This document shows, one piece after another, positions 63,133 to 64,000 of a stretch of 64,000 nucleotides of DNA. Under the pieces are notes generated by a model. It searched no databases. It saw nothing but the letters and a program-made list of their open reading frames with translations, and had not been told where the DNA came from. How positions within the stretch are numbered: the first letter of the stretch is position 1; each line of letters starts with the position of its first letter. The DNA is from an uncultured candidatus Porisulfidus sp. GTDB taxonomy: Bacteria; Pseudomonadota; Gammaproteobacteria; Poriferisulfidales; Poriferisulfidaceae. The stretch is taken from contig OZ241993.1 in assembly GCA_965204575.1 (NCBI GenBank), positions 1,152,001-1,216,000 of the forward strand. The letters are read 5' to 3'. The translations under genes and the position numbers were made by a program.

Positions 63133-63975
63133 ATGCCAGACTGGACCGCCGAGCCTTCGACCCTGTACGTGGTGGCGACGCCGATCGGCAACCTGGCCGA
63201 CCTGAGCGCCCGGGCCCGCGACGTGCTGGGCTCGGCGACCTGGGTCGCGGCGGAGGACACCCGGCGCACCCGCAAGCTGATGGCGCACCTGGGATCGGCG
63301 GCAAGCCTGCGCAGCCTGCACCGCGGCAACGAGGCGCGCACGACCTCCGCGCTGATCCGGTCCCTGCGTTCGGGCGCATCGGGCGCGCTGGTGTCGGATG
63401 CGGGCACGCCGCTGGTCAGCGATCCCGGCCGGCGGCTGGTGGAGGCCGCGCTTCGGGAGGGGCTCGCGGTGGTGCCGCTGCCGGGGCCGTGCGCGGTGGT
63501 GGCGGCCCTGTCGGTCGCCGGGCTGGATGCCGCGCGGTTTGTGTTCGAGGGGTTCCTGCCGGCCCGCGCGCCGGCGCGGCGCCGGCGGCTCGCGGAGCTG
63601 GCCGGCGAGACGCGCACCTGGGCGGTGTTTGAGGCGCCGCACCGGATTCGGGCACTGGCACAGGCTATTAAAGCGGAGCTGGGAGCGGGCCGGCAGGTGG
63701 TCTGGGTGCGGGAACTGTCCAAGCAGCACGAACAGGTTTGGCGCGGACCGGTGGAAGAACTGGACCCGGAACGCATCCCCGAGCTTGGCGAGTTCGTGGT
63801 GGTGGTCGAGGGCGCGAGAGAAGAGGCGGGCGTTCCGGACGAGATTCTGGACGAATTCCTCGGGCCATTGCTCGAAGCGGGCATCGGGGTGCGCACGGCG
63901 GCTGCCCTGGCACGGGACTGCCTGGGCGCGGCGCACAAGGCGGCGTACGCCCGCGCACTGGCGCTGAAGCGCTGA
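63133..63975 (+). CDS. rsmI: 16S rRNA C1402 2'-O-methyltransferase
   Basis: LYVVATPIGNL.D, AEDTR, VSDAGTP.VSDPG and RELSK.HE. Confidence 0.96.
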   Translation: MPDWTAEPSTLYVVATPIGNLADLSARARDVLGSATWVAAEDTRRTRKLMAHLGSAASLRSLHRGNEARTTSALIRSLRSGASGALVSDAGTPLVSDPGRRLVEAALREGLAVVPLPGPCAVVAALSVAGLDAARFVFEGFLPARAPARRRRLAELAGETRTWAVFEAPHRIRALAQAIKAELGAGRQVVWVRELSKQHEQVWRGPVEELDPERIPELGEFVVVVEGAREEAGVPDEILDEFLGPLLEAGIGVRTAAALARDCLGAAHKAAYARALALKR

Positions 63976-64000
63976 CCGGCAGGGAGTATGATGGGCAGGG

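Noticed and set aside
63976-64000. rnpB (RNase P RNA), often found downstream of rsmI
   Set aside because: Only 25 nt remain in the window, so it cannot be supported.

Overview
A high-GC gammaproteobacterial chromosomal segment, with taxonomy inferred from the 16S sequence and gene order. Housekeeping blocks are orn-nadB, rpoE-rseA-rseB-degP, lepA, a complete rRNA operon (16S-tRNAIle-tRNAAla-23S-5S), birA-coaX, pntA1A2B, yciK-rmuC-gph-ubiG, a TtpB/TtpC-type TonB operon, and lpoA-rsmI. Accessory DNA interrupts these blocks: an AbiEi/AbiEii plus Fic cluster at the left edge, a tnpA-less TnpB element inserted at the nadB start, a recQ/AAA insert between degP and lepA, and toxin-antitoxin remnants after the 5S gene. 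The largest insert is a visibly AT-richer island of about 16.5 kb (about 18.7-35.3 kb). It carries an orphan NspC-like decarboxylase with DUF3326, an HNH nuclease, a type I R-M system and several uncharacterised probable defence genes. Most promising leads: (1) two dispersed small membrane-anchored coiled-coil paralogs that share a promoter and a structured 5' leader; (2) TnpB bounded by 21-bp imperfect inverted repeats; (3) the decarboxylase/DUF3326 module and the HEPN-like/helical and ART-like genes in the island; (4) a GGA-hairpin ncRNA candidate after coaX; (5) a C18 tract between a Fur-boxed TonB receptor and an orphan methyltransferase. All family assignments come from motif recognition by eye, not from database searches.
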